DNA of 64,000 bases. Origin: Bdellovibrionota bacterium (GTDB taxonomy: Bacteria > Bdellovibrionota_C > UBA2361 > JAAYZI01). Shown here piece after piece: positions 10,121-20,528 of the stretch. The stretch spans positions 1,188,139-1,252,138 of the forward strand of contig JBMNIF010000002.1 of NCBI GenBank assembly GCA_050950765.1, written 5' to 3'. How positions within the stretch are numbered: the first letter of the stretch is position 1; every line of letters begins with the position of its first letter. The notes under the pieces were generated by a model. It worked only from the letters and a program-made list of their open reading frames with translations, ran no database searches and was not told the origin of the DNA. The position numbers and the translations under genes were made by a program.

Positions 10121-11053
10121 TTAATAGTTTGTAATTAAAACCTCCGTAATTTTGCCGCGCCCCGATCCTTTAGAGTTAATAACACGAGCTGCTTTAACTT
10201 TATAAATATTGAAGCCTTTATATAGTTCCATAATTAACGGTGCTGCCGAATTGGATAGCATCCATTTTACGCCGCGCTTATCAAGTTCTACGCAAACATC
10301 TCTTAGTCTTAACTGCTCGTCTTGTCCGAAGCCGTTGGGATTGTAAGTTGTAAAGTTTGAAGTTGCACTAAGTGGGGCGTACGGTGGATCGAAATAAACA
10401 AAGTCTCCCTTTTCTGCTTTTTTTAAAACAGACTCAAAGGAGGCGACTTTTAGGTGTGTATCCTTGAGAGCTATGCTACAAGCTTGTAAATTATCTTCAT
10501 CAAGCCACTTGGGATTTTTGTATCGTCCAAACGGAACGTTAAATTGCCCTAAAGAATTAACGCGATACAAGCCGTTGTAACAGTTCTTGTTGAGGTAAAT
10601 CAGACGGCTTGCTTTTGAAACAGAATGCCAACGATTATAACTCGGACGACGATCGGCGTTACGGATTTCATAATAATATTCTTCACCACCTTTATGCTTT
10701 TTTAAGGCTTGGCATAACTTCTTACAATTATCACGAACTGCTGTGTATGCGTTAATTAATTCTCCGTTTATATCAGAAAGATAGGCATTCTTCGGTTGAA
10801 GCTCAAAGAAAAGAGCGCCTCCCCCGACAAACGGTTCAAAATAACGATTAAAATTACTCGGTGCGAGACCCTTTAAGATTTTTAAGAGTTGTTTTTTTCC
10901 GCCAGCCCACTTGATAAAAGGACGTGGTGATGGCTGCGGTTCTGGAATTGAAGAGAGCGGCAGTTGTATTAATTTAGGAGTCTTAGGACGTTTTTTTAAA
11001 CGTTCGCTAGACTTCGTGCGTGATTTGGCGTTAGTTTCTGAGCTTGATGCCAT
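10121..11053 (-). CDS. Dam-like (D12 class) N6-adenine DNA methyltransferase, orphan
   Basis: RPFIKWAGGK, EPFVGGGALFF, YNGLYRVNSLGQFNVPFG, YFDPPY, LSNS, EVLITNY; no adjacent endonuclease. Confidence 0.93.
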   Translation of the reverse strand: MASSSETNAKSRTKSSERLKKRPKTPKLIQLPLSSIPEPQPSPRPFIKWAGGKKQLLKILKGLAPSNFNRYFEPFVGGGALFFELQPKNAYLSDINGELINAYTAVRDNCKKLCQALKKHKGGEEYYYEIRNADRRPSYNRWHSVSKASRLIYLNKNCYNGLYRVNSLGQFNVPFGRYKNPKWLDEDNLQACSIALKDTHLKVASFESVLKKAEKGDFVYFDPPYAPLSATSNFTTYNPNGFGQDEQLRLRDVCVELDKRGVKWMLSNSAAPLIMELYKGFNIYKVKAARVINSKGSGRGKITEVLITNY

Positions 11054-11184
11054 AAGTTCTAGTTCTTTTGTTTACTTTAAAGAGTTTAAAGTAAGCTAGC
11101 ACAAAAGTGACCATGCTTAAAATACTAAAATATATCTATCTGAAAAGATTGTGTAAAATTATCTGGTTTAGTTAAATTTTTATC

Positions 11185-12650
11185 TTTTGCTAACCTCTTG
11201 ATATTACTAGCGTCTCTGTTGGATGGCACCAAATTCCCAACCACCAGATCTAAGCCCGTTCAGTTGTTCTTGGTGGGTGGCACCAAATTCATCCAGTCGC
11301 TTAAGCCATCAAAGCGGCAAAAAAGAAGGGTGGCACCAGTTTTTTAACCCCCGTCGAGCGGCTAAACTGAAGGGTGGCACCAAGATCGCCAAACCTAAAC
11401 TTCTGCTAATGTCTTGATATCACTAGCGTCCCTGTTGGGTGGTACCAAATTTTTAACCTCCGTAGAAATCTAGCTGACTCGTTCTGCAGTTGCAGCCCGT
11501 CCTGCTGCTCTGTTGGGTGGCACCAAAACTGCCAAACTTAAACTTCTGCTAATGTCTTGATATCATTAGCGTCCCTAGTGGGTGGCACCAGATTTTTAAC
11601 CCAGCCTTTCAATTAGGACACCCACTTTTTACCCCCGTCTAGGTCTAGCTACTTCGTTTTTTAGTATCAGCCCGCTTAATCGTCCCTAAAAGGTGGGGGA
11701 GCTTCTGAAGGGTGGCACCAAAAGCCAAGCCAGCCAAATCTGCCAGATCCCGTCCTTACTGAAGGGTGGCACCAAATTCCCAACCACCAGATCTAAGCCC
11801 GTTCAGTTGTTCTTGGTGGGTGGCACCAAATTCATCCAGTCGCTTAAGCCATCAAAGCGGCAAAAAAGAAGGGTGGCACCAGTTTTTTAACTCTGCAGTT
11901 ACAGCCCGTCCTGCTGTCCCTAGTGGGTGGCACCAGAATCGCCAAACCTAAACTTCTGCTAATGTCTTGATATCACTAGCGTCCCTGTTGGGTGGCACCA
12001 AATTTTTAACCCAGCCTTCCAATTAGGACACCCACTTTTACCTGAAGGGTGGCACCAAATTTTTGATCTCCGTCCAGATCTAGCCGATTTGATTTGCAGT
12101 TGCAGCCCGTCCTGCTGTCTCTGTTGGATGGCACCAAATTCCCAACCACCAGATCTAAGCCCGTTCAGTTGTTCTTGGTGGGTGGCACCAAATTCATCCA
12201 GTCGCTTAAGCCATCAAAGCGGCAAAAAAGAAGGGTGGCACCAGTTTTTTAACTCTGCAGTTACAGCCCGTCCTGCTGTCCCTAGTGGGTGGCACCAGAA
12301 TCGCCAAACCTAAACTTCTGCTAATGTCTTGATATCACTAGCGTCCCTGTTGGGTGGCACCAAATTTTTAACCCAGCCTTCCAATTAGGACACCCACTTT
12401 TAGCTGAAGGGTGGCACCAAATTTATCCAGTCGCTTAAGCTGTCAAAGCGGCAAAAAAGAAGGGTGGCACCAGTTTTTTAACCCCCGTCCAGATCTAGCC
12501 GATTCGATTTGCAGTTGCAGCCCGTCCTGCTGTCCCTGTTGGGTGGCACCAAATTTTTGACCCCCATCGAGCCGATCCCGCTCTGCAGTTGTACCCGTTC
12601 TACTCTCCCTTGAAGGGTGTTCAGTTGTCCCTAGTGGGTGACTCCAGTAA
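11185..12650 (+). repeat. REP-like modular repeat cluster 2 (about 22 co-oriented GGGTGGCACC cores)
   Basis: Cores every ~45-130 bp, all on +; ~300-bp block 11763-12060 repeated at about 12125-12420; second motif AATTAGGACACCCAC at 11611, 12021, 12383. Confidence 0.92.
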
Positions 12651-12655
12651 CACCT

Positions 12656-13174
12656 TTATTTTAAGGGATCATCTGTACTTTTATTTTTTCTTCTAAAATA
12701 TTCAATTGTAGTAGTTGTTAAAGTGATTATATCCATTACAAACATCGGATACGCTTTAATGTGAAAATTAAAGATGATCCATTGCGCGTATACAGATATG
12801 AAGGTCAGCCTCATATGTTGAGCAGATTTTGATAGCGATGCTAAAATAATAAACGATACCGTAGCGGTTATTGGGAGAATCCCAAACCAAGAATTCTTGT
12901 TAAAGCAGATTCCTAAACAGATTATTCCGATACAAATAAGGGAGATATTATATTTATTCAACTTCCCCTTTAAGTCTAAAATATTTCTTATCATAAGTAT
13001 GAGAATAGAAGTGAAAGCTGAATATCCACCTAACATAAGGAATGAAAGCGCATAGAAGATGTTGCCGATCAACAGAACGGCTACCATGTTCTTTTTATTC
13101 TTGCCGAATATTGAAACTAGGGTAAAAAATACACCAATAAACGATAAAATTTGACCTAAAATAAAATCATCCAT
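12656..13174 (-). CDS. YgjV-family inner membrane protein
   Basis: About 172 aa, hydrophobic, starting MDDFILGQILSFIG (ATG at 13174); pattern Q..G....F....K.K.....GN..YAL.F.MLG..SA ... R......W..FN resembles YgjV. Confidence 0.65.
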   Translation of the reverse strand: MDDFILGQILSFIGVFFTLVSIFGKNKKNMVAVLLIGNIFYALSFLMLGGYSAFTSILILMIRNILDLKGKLNKYNISLICIGIICLGICFNKNSWFGILPITATVSFIILASLSKSAQHMRLTFISVYAQWIIFNFHIKAYPMFVMDIITLTTTTIEYFRRKNKSTDDPLK

Positions 13175-13597
13175 AATTTTAACAACTCTTGTAATAAACG
13201 ATACACCCTTAGCGCAGGTCACACACACCTATATTTACATCCTTCCTTGTATTCAAATTTTAAAAATATTGGAAGAGAACGGTTCCAGCACGGTTTTGAT
13301 CGCATTGCAGAGATGGGGCTAAAAAAATGCAACGAGGAATGTAAAAGTTATTACTCTGTGCCTGTTAATTTTAAAGCAGATATTCCTCCTTTTAATAATA
13401 AACAAGCTATGTTAACTTTTCCGCACCCCTCTAAAATATAAGAGACTCGGTGTCTAAAGAAAATCTTTGACAGTTCTTTTCTTTTTTATGTTTTTGTTGT
13501 CGGGGTATCTATCTATTGTTTTGCATCGGATCTTTCCTTACCGAGCAGCTTTGATAGGAAGGTGTGGAGGCAAATAGAACGGTATAAAGGAGCAATA

Positions 13598-15052
13598 ATG
13601 GCTGACGGTGAGATCCGAAATTTTCTCGAGATTAGTTATGATAAGCTGGAAGAATTAAACCTCGAGGCGAAACAAAAAGTTGCGGCACGTGTTTGTGATG
13701 ATGATTTGCGGGAGCATTACGTAAAATATCTTACCGATGAAAGGAGGATCAAAGCTTTAACAGTCTGCTTTAGCGACTTAGAGGGCCGCTTCCATATGTT
13801 GGATTATGACAAGAAGTACTTACTTAGGTCGTGTGATAATTTAACCTTTGATGGCTCGTCGATACACGGTTTTTCGCAGGTACGTGAATCAGATCTGCGC
13901 TTGGCGATAGATTGGGGTAGCTTCCGGTGGTTGCCCTCAGATATTTTTGGACCTGGAAAAGTTTTAGTGTTCGGTTTGATTCTCGATCAAGAAGGGAGAA
14001 GTTATAGCGCCGATATGCGTGGCAGATTAAAACACCTCTGTGACGATCTCTATAAAGAAAAACGTCTGCTGGCAAATGTCTCTGTCGAGTGTGAAGGTTT
14101 CCTTTTTGAGGGGATTAATGCGGAGCAACATTTTAGCCCGAGTTATAGTAATGGACACGGTTTTAAATTAGTTTCGAGCGGAGGATATTTTCATTCCTTA
14201 CCGAAAGATCCTTTAAAATTGTTTATTGATGCTTTAGCAGAGGCACAACGTGCGTTAGGGTTTGAAAATGAAAAAGATCACCCTGAAGTTGCTCCGTCTC
14301 AATTCGAGTTGAATTACCGCTACTGCGATGCTTTGCAAGCTGCCGATCAAATTCAATTATACAAATTAACAGCGCGTCAAGTTGCGGATAGTATGGGTAT
14401 GACAGCTTGCTTTCTTCCTAAGCCGATAGCTGGAATAAATGGAAGTGGTATGCATTGCAATTTTTCATTTGCACGCGATGGGGAAAATCTGTTTTATGAT
14501 AAAGATGGAGAAGGGAACCTTTCTCCTATGGCGTGGGATATTGTGGCTAGGCTTTTAAATAATGCAAAAGATCTCTGCCTCATATTTAATTCAAGCGTTA
14601 ATGCTTATCGGCGTTTAGATTCTGCTTATGAAGCCCCGAACAAAATAACAGTTTCTACTACTGACAGGACTTCAATGGTGCGGATTCCACTTGGTAATGC
14701 ACAAACCTCCCGTTTAGAGGTGCGAAGTGTGGCTCCTGATGCTAATCCGTATCTGACGATGTTAGCTTTAATTAAGACATCTTTTGAAGGTCCACTTAAA
14801 AATGTTGGGGATCTGGAAGAGTTCAAGCGTAATGAGCAGATCCTTCCAAGTAATATCTATGATGCGATTGATGCCTTTGGCAGTAGTGATTTTATCACAG
14901 CTATGCTGGGAGAAGAGTGCCAAGCAAAGTATTTGGAGCGAAAGGTTTTAGTGGCTACTAGATCTCCGAGAGAGCTGGGGAACTGGGTTAAACGTAGTGA
15001 AATTTTATTTCATCATGAGGTAACGGATCAACATATTTGGAATGAGTTCTAA
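13598..15052 (+). CDS. glnA: Glutamine synthetase type I
   Basis: AAAGGAG RBS before ATG 13598; FSDLEGR, TFDGSSI, HPEVAPSQFE, FLPKPIAGINGSGMH, NAYRRL, YEAP, RLEVRSVAPDANPYL. Confidence 0.93.
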   Translation: MADGEIRNFLEISYDKLEELNLEAKQKVAARVCDDDLREHYVKYLTDERRIKALTVCFSDLEGRFHMLDYDKKYLLRSCDNLTFDGSSIHGFSQVRESDLRLAIDWGSFRWLPSDIFGPGKVLVFGLILDQEGRSYSADMRGRLKHLCDDLYKEKRLLANVSVECEGFLFEGINAEQHFSPSYSNGHGFKLVSSGGYFHSLPKDPLKLFIDALAEAQRALGFENEKDHPEVAPSQFELNYRYCDALQAADQIQLYKLTARQVADSMGMTACFLPKPIAGINGSGMHCNFSFARDGENLFYDKDGEGNLSPMAWDIVARLLNNAKDLCLIFNSSVNAYRRLDSAYEAPNKITVSTTDRTSMVRIPLGNAQTSRLEVRSVAPDANPYLTMLALIKTSFEGPLKNVGDLEEFKRNEQILPSNIYDAIDAFGSSDFITAMLGEECQAKYLERKVLVATRSPRELGNWVKRSEILFHHEVTDQHIWNEF

Positions 15053-15145
15053 AGCTCCTCTCATCCTCTAAACGTTTTAAACATTAAGAAGTGGGGGAGA
15101 TATACCCCCTTTCCCTGTTCTTCTTTATATTTTATCTTCTCTTGC

Positions 15146-16438
15146 ATGATAAAAGACAAGAGAGGACTATCAACTATCGCTTTGCATGCTGGAGAAAATC
15201 GTCGTTCTGATACAAACGCTGCTGCTGTACCGATCTATCAAACGTCATCATTTATTTTTGACAGTACGCAATGTGCAGCAGATCTTTTTGCCTATAAAAA
15301 ATCAGGCAACATCTATTCACGTCTTTCCAATCCGACTAACGATGTTCTTGAGAAAAGGATTGCAGCTTTTGAAGGCGGCTCCGCAGCTGTCTCTACAGCT
15401 TCCGGAATGGCCGCTATCTCAAATGCACTTTTGACAATAACAACTTCAGGAGATGAGATCGTTTCAACAGATAATCTATACGGTGGGTCGTATTCCCTCT
15501 TAAATCACACCTTCCGTGATTTCGGAAGAACTGTTCGCTTTGCACCTTCTACGGATCTCAATGCTTTAAAGAGTTTAATTACAGAGAAAACAAAAGCGAT
15601 CTACACCGAAACGATCGGTAATCCGAAGGTTGATGTGGCAGACTTTGAAAAGTTAGCTGAGATCGCTCATCAAGTAGGTATCCCGCTAGTCGTTGATAAT
15701 ACGGTCGGAGTAGGGTTGGTGCGACCATTCGATTTCGGAGCTGATATTATTGTTATCTCCGCCACAAAATATATCGGTGGACACGGCACATCTTTGGGTG
15801 GCTTAATAGTTGATTCTGGAAAATTTAATTGGAATAACGGAAAATTCCCAACCATCACTGCACCAGATCCAGCAAATCACGGTTTAGTCTTTTGGGATGC
15901 CTTTAATGATGTTCCTGAGGTGGGAAATATGGCTTTCGCTGCAAAGGTGCGTGGGGTGCTTTTACGAGATCTCGGCGCAGCCTTAAGCCCGTTCAATGCC
16001 TTTCAGATCTTGCAAGGGTTTGAAACTTTACCCCTTAGACAGAAGCGTCATTCTGAAAACGCTTTGGCGGTAGCCGAACATTTAGAGGCACATCCGAAGG
16101 TAGCGTGGGTAACGTATCCAGGGCTTCCTTCCAGTCCTTACCATGCGGTTGCTTCAAAATATTTAAAGAACGGATATGGCGGGCTGCTCGGTTTCGGGAT
16201 TAAGGGCGGACGTGAAGCGGGGGTGCGCTTTATCGATTCCGTAAAACTCCTTTTACACTTAGCAAATATCGGGGATGCTAAATCTTTGGTTATTCATCCT
16301 GCTTCAACAACACATCAGCAGCTAAGTCAGGCTGAGCAACTCGCTACGGGAGTTACTGAAGATTATATCAGACTTTCTGTCGGTTTAGAGGATGTCTCAG
16401 ATATCATCGCTGATATAGATCAAGCATTAGAATTTTAA
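15146..16438 (+). CDS. metY: O-acetylhomoserine aminocarboxypropyltransferase / sulfhydrylase
   Basis: VPIYQTSSF, IYSRLSNPT, ASGMAAI, LYGGSY, VVDNT, SATKYIGGHGT (PLP lysine), HLANIGDAKSLVIHPASTTHQQL, IRLSVGLE. Confidence 0.95.
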   Translation: MIKDKRGLSTIALHAGENRRSDTNAAAVPIYQTSSFIFDSTQCAADLFAYKKSGNIYSRLSNPTNDVLEKRIAAFEGGSAAVSTASGMAAISNALLTITTSGDEIVSTDNLYGGSYSLLNHTFRDFGRTVRFAPSTDLNALKSLITEKTKAIYTETIGNPKVDVADFEKLAEIAHQVGIPLVVDNTVGVGLVRPFDFGADIIVISATKYIGGHGTSLGGLIVDSGKFNWNNGKFPTITAPDPANHGLVFWDAFNDVPEVGNMAFAAKVRGVLLRDLGAALSPFNAFQILQGFETLPLRQKRHSENALAVAEHLEAHPKVAWVTYPGLPSSPYHAVASKYLKNGYGGLLGFGIKGGREAGVRFIDSVKLLLHLANIGDAKSLVIHPASTTHQQLSQAEQLATGVTEDYIRLSVGLEDVSDIIADIDQALEF

Positions 16439-17513
16439 CCCCCGTAGAAAACCTAGCCGATCCCGCTCTGCAAGTTGCAGCCTGTTCGTGCTTTTAATTA
16501 GGACACCCACTTTTTACCCCCGTGAAGATCTGGCTGATTTATTCTGTAGTTTCAGCCCATCCAACCGCCCCTGAAGGGTGGCACCAAATTTTTGACCTCT
16601 GCAAGTCGCAGCCCGTTTAGTTGTTCTTGGTGGGTGACTAGCGTCACTGAAGCTAGCGTCACTGAAGGGTGGCACCAAAACTGCCGAATTCTAATTTTTG
16701 CTAACATCTTGATATTACTAGTGTCCCTGAAGGGTGGCACCAGCATCTAGCCGTCCAAGCCAATTAGGACACCCGCTTTTACTGGTGGGTGGCACCAAAT
16801 TTTCAACCTCCGTCAAGATCTAGCTGATCCCGCTCTGCAGTTGTACCCGTCCTGCTGTCCCTGAAGGGTGGCACCAGATTTTTAACCTCCGTACAGACCT
16901 AGCCGATCCCGCTCTGCAGTTGTACCCGTCCTGCTGTAACTGAAGGGTGGCATCAAAACTGCCGAATTCTAAGTTTTGCTAATATCTTGATATTACTAGA
17001 TGTTGTAATTTTAGATTTTGGATGTCCTATTTGCAAAACGTCTGCAGCACTGGTGGGTGGCACCAAATTCATCCAGTCGCTTAAGTTGTCAAAGCGGCAA
17101 AGCGGTAAAAGAGAAGGGTGGCACCAGATTTTTAACCTCCGTACAGACCTAGCCGATCCCGCTCTGCCGTAGAAAACCTAGCCGATCCCGTCTTGCAGTT
17201 ACAACCCGTTCGGTCGTCCCTGAAGGGTGGCACCAGCATCTAGCCGTCCAAGCCAATTAGGACACCCACTTTTACTGTTGGGTGGCACCAAATTTTTAAC
17301 CTCCGTCCAGATCTAGCCGATTCGATTTGCAGTTGCAGCCCGTTCAGTTGTTCTTGGTGGGTGGCACCAAATTCATCCAGTCGCTTAAGTTGTCAAAGCG
17401 GTAAAAAAGAAGGGTGGCACCAAATTTTAACCTTCGTAGAAACCTAACCGATTCGGTTTTGCAGTTGCACCCGTTCAATCGCCCTGAAGGGTGGCAGCAA
17501 AATCGCCAAACCT
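16436..17513 (+). repeat. REP-like modular repeat cluster 3 (about 13 co-oriented cores)
   Basis: Begins at the metY stop codon and ends next to the stop of the convergent gene; same linker library as cluster 2; AATTAGGACACCC at about 16496, 16762, 17255. Confidence 0.92.
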
Positions 17514-18212
17514 CTAAAGGTGTTTAAAATACAGGTAGAGCGTCAATATAAGATCAAAGGTGTTTGAGAAAAGCATTTTGAAGCCTGCTAAACCTTGAGA
17601 TACCCAAGCAGCAATCAACGTTAGTATCGTAAGGTTCATACTAATAATAAAAGCAAGAGCAACTTTAAAACCTCCGCGTATATAGGTTAAATCCGTTTGA
17701 TGTGGGGAGATATCGCGCATATTCATAAGAAGATCAGCGCCAACGCCGATCCCTATTAGAGGGATAGTCAGCTCTGGGATTGAAAAATATATCGGAACAG
17801 CCAAAAAGGCAGCGAAGATAGTCATCAAAGGGAACCAATATGGAGCAAGCGCAATCATGGCGTTATATTTTGCAGAATCCTTAGTATAAGAATAGGTATA
17901 GTGCCCTGTCTTTTCTTTTACACACAGCTCTTTAAATTTATTACCAGCGAAAGCTGCCAATAGATAGTGCTTTAACTCGTGACACGCTACGGAAAAATGC
18001 TTAACGATAAAAACTTCAGCTATTAAAAGCCCTATTACTACACCGATAATAAATTGTAGCCAATTTGATGGGGAGTTTTCGTCAAAAAGGCTCGGCAACG
18101 AGATTAAATTAAAGAGAGAGATAAAAATTAAACAGATCAGTGTAATAAAAAATGCAATGCCGCCTGATTTTTTCGGTTTTATCTCCTCCTTTTCTTTCTT
18201 AAAGCCAAACAT
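17514..18212 (-). CDS. Membrane protein with HExxH motif (M50-like peptidase)
   Basis: Several TM segments; HELKH followed by G; IALAPY; distal Asp in HQTDL. Confidence 0.6.
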   Translation of the reverse strand: MFGFKKEKEEIKPKKSGGIAFFITLICLIFISLFNLISLPSLFDENSPSNWLQFIIGVVIGLLIAEVFIVKHFSVACHELKHYLLAAFAGNKFKELCVKEKTGHYTYSYTKDSAKYNAMIALAPYWFPLMTIFAAFLAVPIYFSIPELTIPLIGIGVGADLLMNMRDISPHQTDLTYIRGGFKVALAFIISMNLTILTLIAAWVSQGLAGFKMLFSNTFDLILTLYLYFKHL

Positions 18213-18412
18213 CGAATTTATTTATACCCCAACGCTAAGCAACCCAAGTACACTTTTTCCTTCCATCATATCAAAGAAAACCTGTCCACCAGATGAAATA
18301 TGATCGAATCTGTGATCAAGCTCCATCGAACGGGATATCTTCTTCGGTTGCCACACCATCAACTGCCGTTAACCAACTGTCGTCAAGGTGTGTACTGCTT
18401 CCATTACTTAAA

Positions 18413-19989
18413 CCCTAACTCTTCATATTTCAGGAATATATTTCAATAAAAAATTAAATATCCTTTAAAAAAGGTATTGTGCTTTAAAAATATTGGTGTA
18501 TTATATATTACGTATTGCGTAATACGTTAGGAGATATATATCATGACATATCCAGATTGGGTTTTGAAAGAAAAAAAGAAAGGCACTGAGGTAGTTCACA
18601 GGAACGGCAAATATTATTTGTATAAAATAAGTTCTGTGTGGAATAAGGAAAAGGGACGTGCTCAGAAGGTTACCTTAGAATACCTTGGCAGGATAACTGA
18701 AGATAAGGGTCTTATTCCCCCTAAACGTAGGGGTTCTTACAAAGATGGAGAAGTTTCTGCAAAGGAGTATGGAGCTAGCAAAACACTTTGTGAGTTAGGA
18801 AAAGACATATTAAATCGCTTAGAAGATAGGTTTCCGAATGATTATCAAAAGATTTTTTCTATTGCTGCTTTAAGAGTAATTGAGCGTTGTCCGTTTAAGG
18901 GGATTGATTTTTTGTATGAGAAATCTTTTTTATCTGAACGCTTCGGAAAGCTTGCTCTATCTTCCTCTAGCATATCAAGGTTTTTAAGGGAGCTAGGTAG
19001 CCAGAGACCAAAGTTAGTTGGTTTTATGAAAGAGTATGTTTGCGATGTTGATTATCTTTTTTTTGATTTAACAAATATAATAAGTAAATCGGAAAATGTT
19101 GAAATAAATAGAGTTGGCTATAACAGTCATCATGATTTTGATCCTCAAATTGGCTTAATGTATGCTTTTTCAGCGGATGACAGTTCTCCCACTTATTACA
19201 GAGTTATTCCTGGAAATATAAGAGATGTGAGGGCATTTAAGGGGAGTATAGAAGAGGCTGGTATAAAGGATGCTGTAATAGTTGCAGATAAAGGGTTTGG
19301 CTCACAAGAGAATTTTAAGTTATTAAAAGAAGCTAATTTAAAATATATTGTTCCATTAAGGCGCAATAATTCAAACATAAACAGAGAGATTTTAAGATGT
19401 GGAGACAAGTCTAAGTTTGAAAATTTTTTCTTTCATAATGCTCGTCCTATATGGCCTTACTCATATAAAATAAACGAAGATCGTCTTATTGTTTGTCTTG
19501 ATGAATCGCTTAAGGCTAGAGAAGAGGCTGATTATCTGCGTAGAGTTCAAGAGAATATAGAAGGCTACACAAAAGAAGGTTTTATCGATAAACAATACCA
19601 ATTCGGAACGATTACTTTTCAAACAAATCTCGATTTACCATGCGACAAGGTATTTTGTTTATATAAGGCAAGAAATGAAATAGAGATGACATTCGATTTT
19701 TTAAAAAACCTATTAGAGCAAGATCGTGTATACTTGCAAGATAAATATGCGATTGAAGCTTGGGCGTTCATAAACCATATTTCACTTATGCTTGTTTATT
19801 TGATATATCATAAACTTAAAGAAAGTGAACTTATTTCTAAATATTCCATTCAAGAATTTATTACACATCTTAAATATATAAGTTATTTAAAAATCGGAGA
19901 CTCGTGGGTAGTAAGTGAGATTTCAGGTAAAACACAAAAAATTTTAGAAAAATTAAAAATTCATATTACGCAAACGTGAAGAGTTAGGG
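18413..19989 (+). mobile_element. Insertion sequence (1577 bp), DDE transposase, probably IS1634 or a related IS4-like family
   Basis: Perfect 13-bp TIRs CCCTAACTCTTCA (18413-18425) / TGAAGAGTTAGGG (19977-19989); 6-bp TSD CTTAAA (18407-18412, 19990-19995); the empty site is seen intact in the neighbouring repeat copies. Confidence 0.93.
18543..19979 (+). CDS. DDE transposase
   Basis: FFDLT, PGNIRDV, IVADKGF, YIVPL, Y-x2-R-x2-IE-x2-F-x2-LK (YKARNEIEMTFDFLK); AGGAG RBS; stop codon lies inside the right TIR. Confidence 0.93.
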   Translation: MTYPDWVLKEKKKGTEVVHRNGKYYLYKISSVWNKEKGRAQKVTLEYLGRITEDKGLIPPKRRGSYKDGEVSAKEYGASKTLCELGKDILNRLEDRFPNDYQKIFSIAALRVIERCPFKGIDFLYEKSFLSERFGKLALSSSSISRFLRELGSQRPKLVGFMKEYVCDVDYLFFDLTNIISKSENVEINRVGYNSHHDFDPQIGLMYAFSADDSSPTYYRVIPGNIRDVRAFKGSIEEAGIKDAVIVADKGFGSQENFKLLKEANLKYIVPLRRNNSNINREILRCGDKSKFENFFFHNARPIWPYSYKINEDRLIVCLDESLKAREEADYLRRVQENIEGYTKEGFIDKQYQFGTITFQTNLDLPCDKVFCLYKARNEIEMTFDFLKNLLEQDRVYLQDKYAIEAWAFINHISLMLVYLIYHKLKESELISKYSIQEFITHLKYISYLKIGDSWVVSEISGKTQKILEKLKIHITQT

Positions 19990-20528
19990 CTTAAATTAAG
20001 GTTCGTTGTGTTACAACCATCGTTGCGCCGCAAACATCGAATTTATTTATACCCCAACGCTAAGCAATCCAAGTACACTTTTCCCCTCCATCATATCAAG
20101 GGAAACCTATCCACCAGATGAAATATGATCGAATCTGTGATCAAGCTCCATCGAACGGGATATCTTTTTCGGTTGCCACACCATCAACTGCCGTTAACCA
20201 ACTACTGTCAAGCTATGCGCGCTGCTTCCATTACTTAAATTAAGGTTCGTTGTGTTGCAACCATCGTTGCGCCGCAAACATCGAATTTATTTATACCCCA
20301 ACGCTAAGCAACCCAAGTACACTTTTTCCTTCCATCATATCAAAGAAAACCTGTCCACCAGATGAAATATGATCGAATCTGTGATCAAGCTCCATCGAAC
20401 GGGATATCTTCTTCGGTTGCCACACCATCAACTGCCGTTAACCAACTGTCGTCAAGGTGTGTACTGCTTCCATTACTTAAATTAAGGTTCGTTGTGTTGC
20501 AACCATCGTTGCGCCGCAAACATCGAAT

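Larger units (their letters stand above)
18206..20516 (-). repeat. Three tandem ~242-bp degenerate copies of the 3' end of the pgk-like gene (first copy split by an IS)
   Basis: CAAACATCGAATTTATTTATACCCCAACGCT starts at 18206, 20031, 20275 and 20517 (the real gene end); periods 242 (after removing IS+TSD), 244, 242. Confidence 0.93.

Noticed and set aside
11185..12650. GGGTGGCACC clusters as CRISPR arrays or integron cassettes
   Set aside because: The core is only ~11 bp, linkers recur within and between clusters, and there are no attC-like ends, cassette ORFs or integrase
3542..17172. Short ORFs within the REP-like clusters (GGT/WHQ/VAP peptides)
   Set aside because: They are translations of the repeat core with no independent coding evidence
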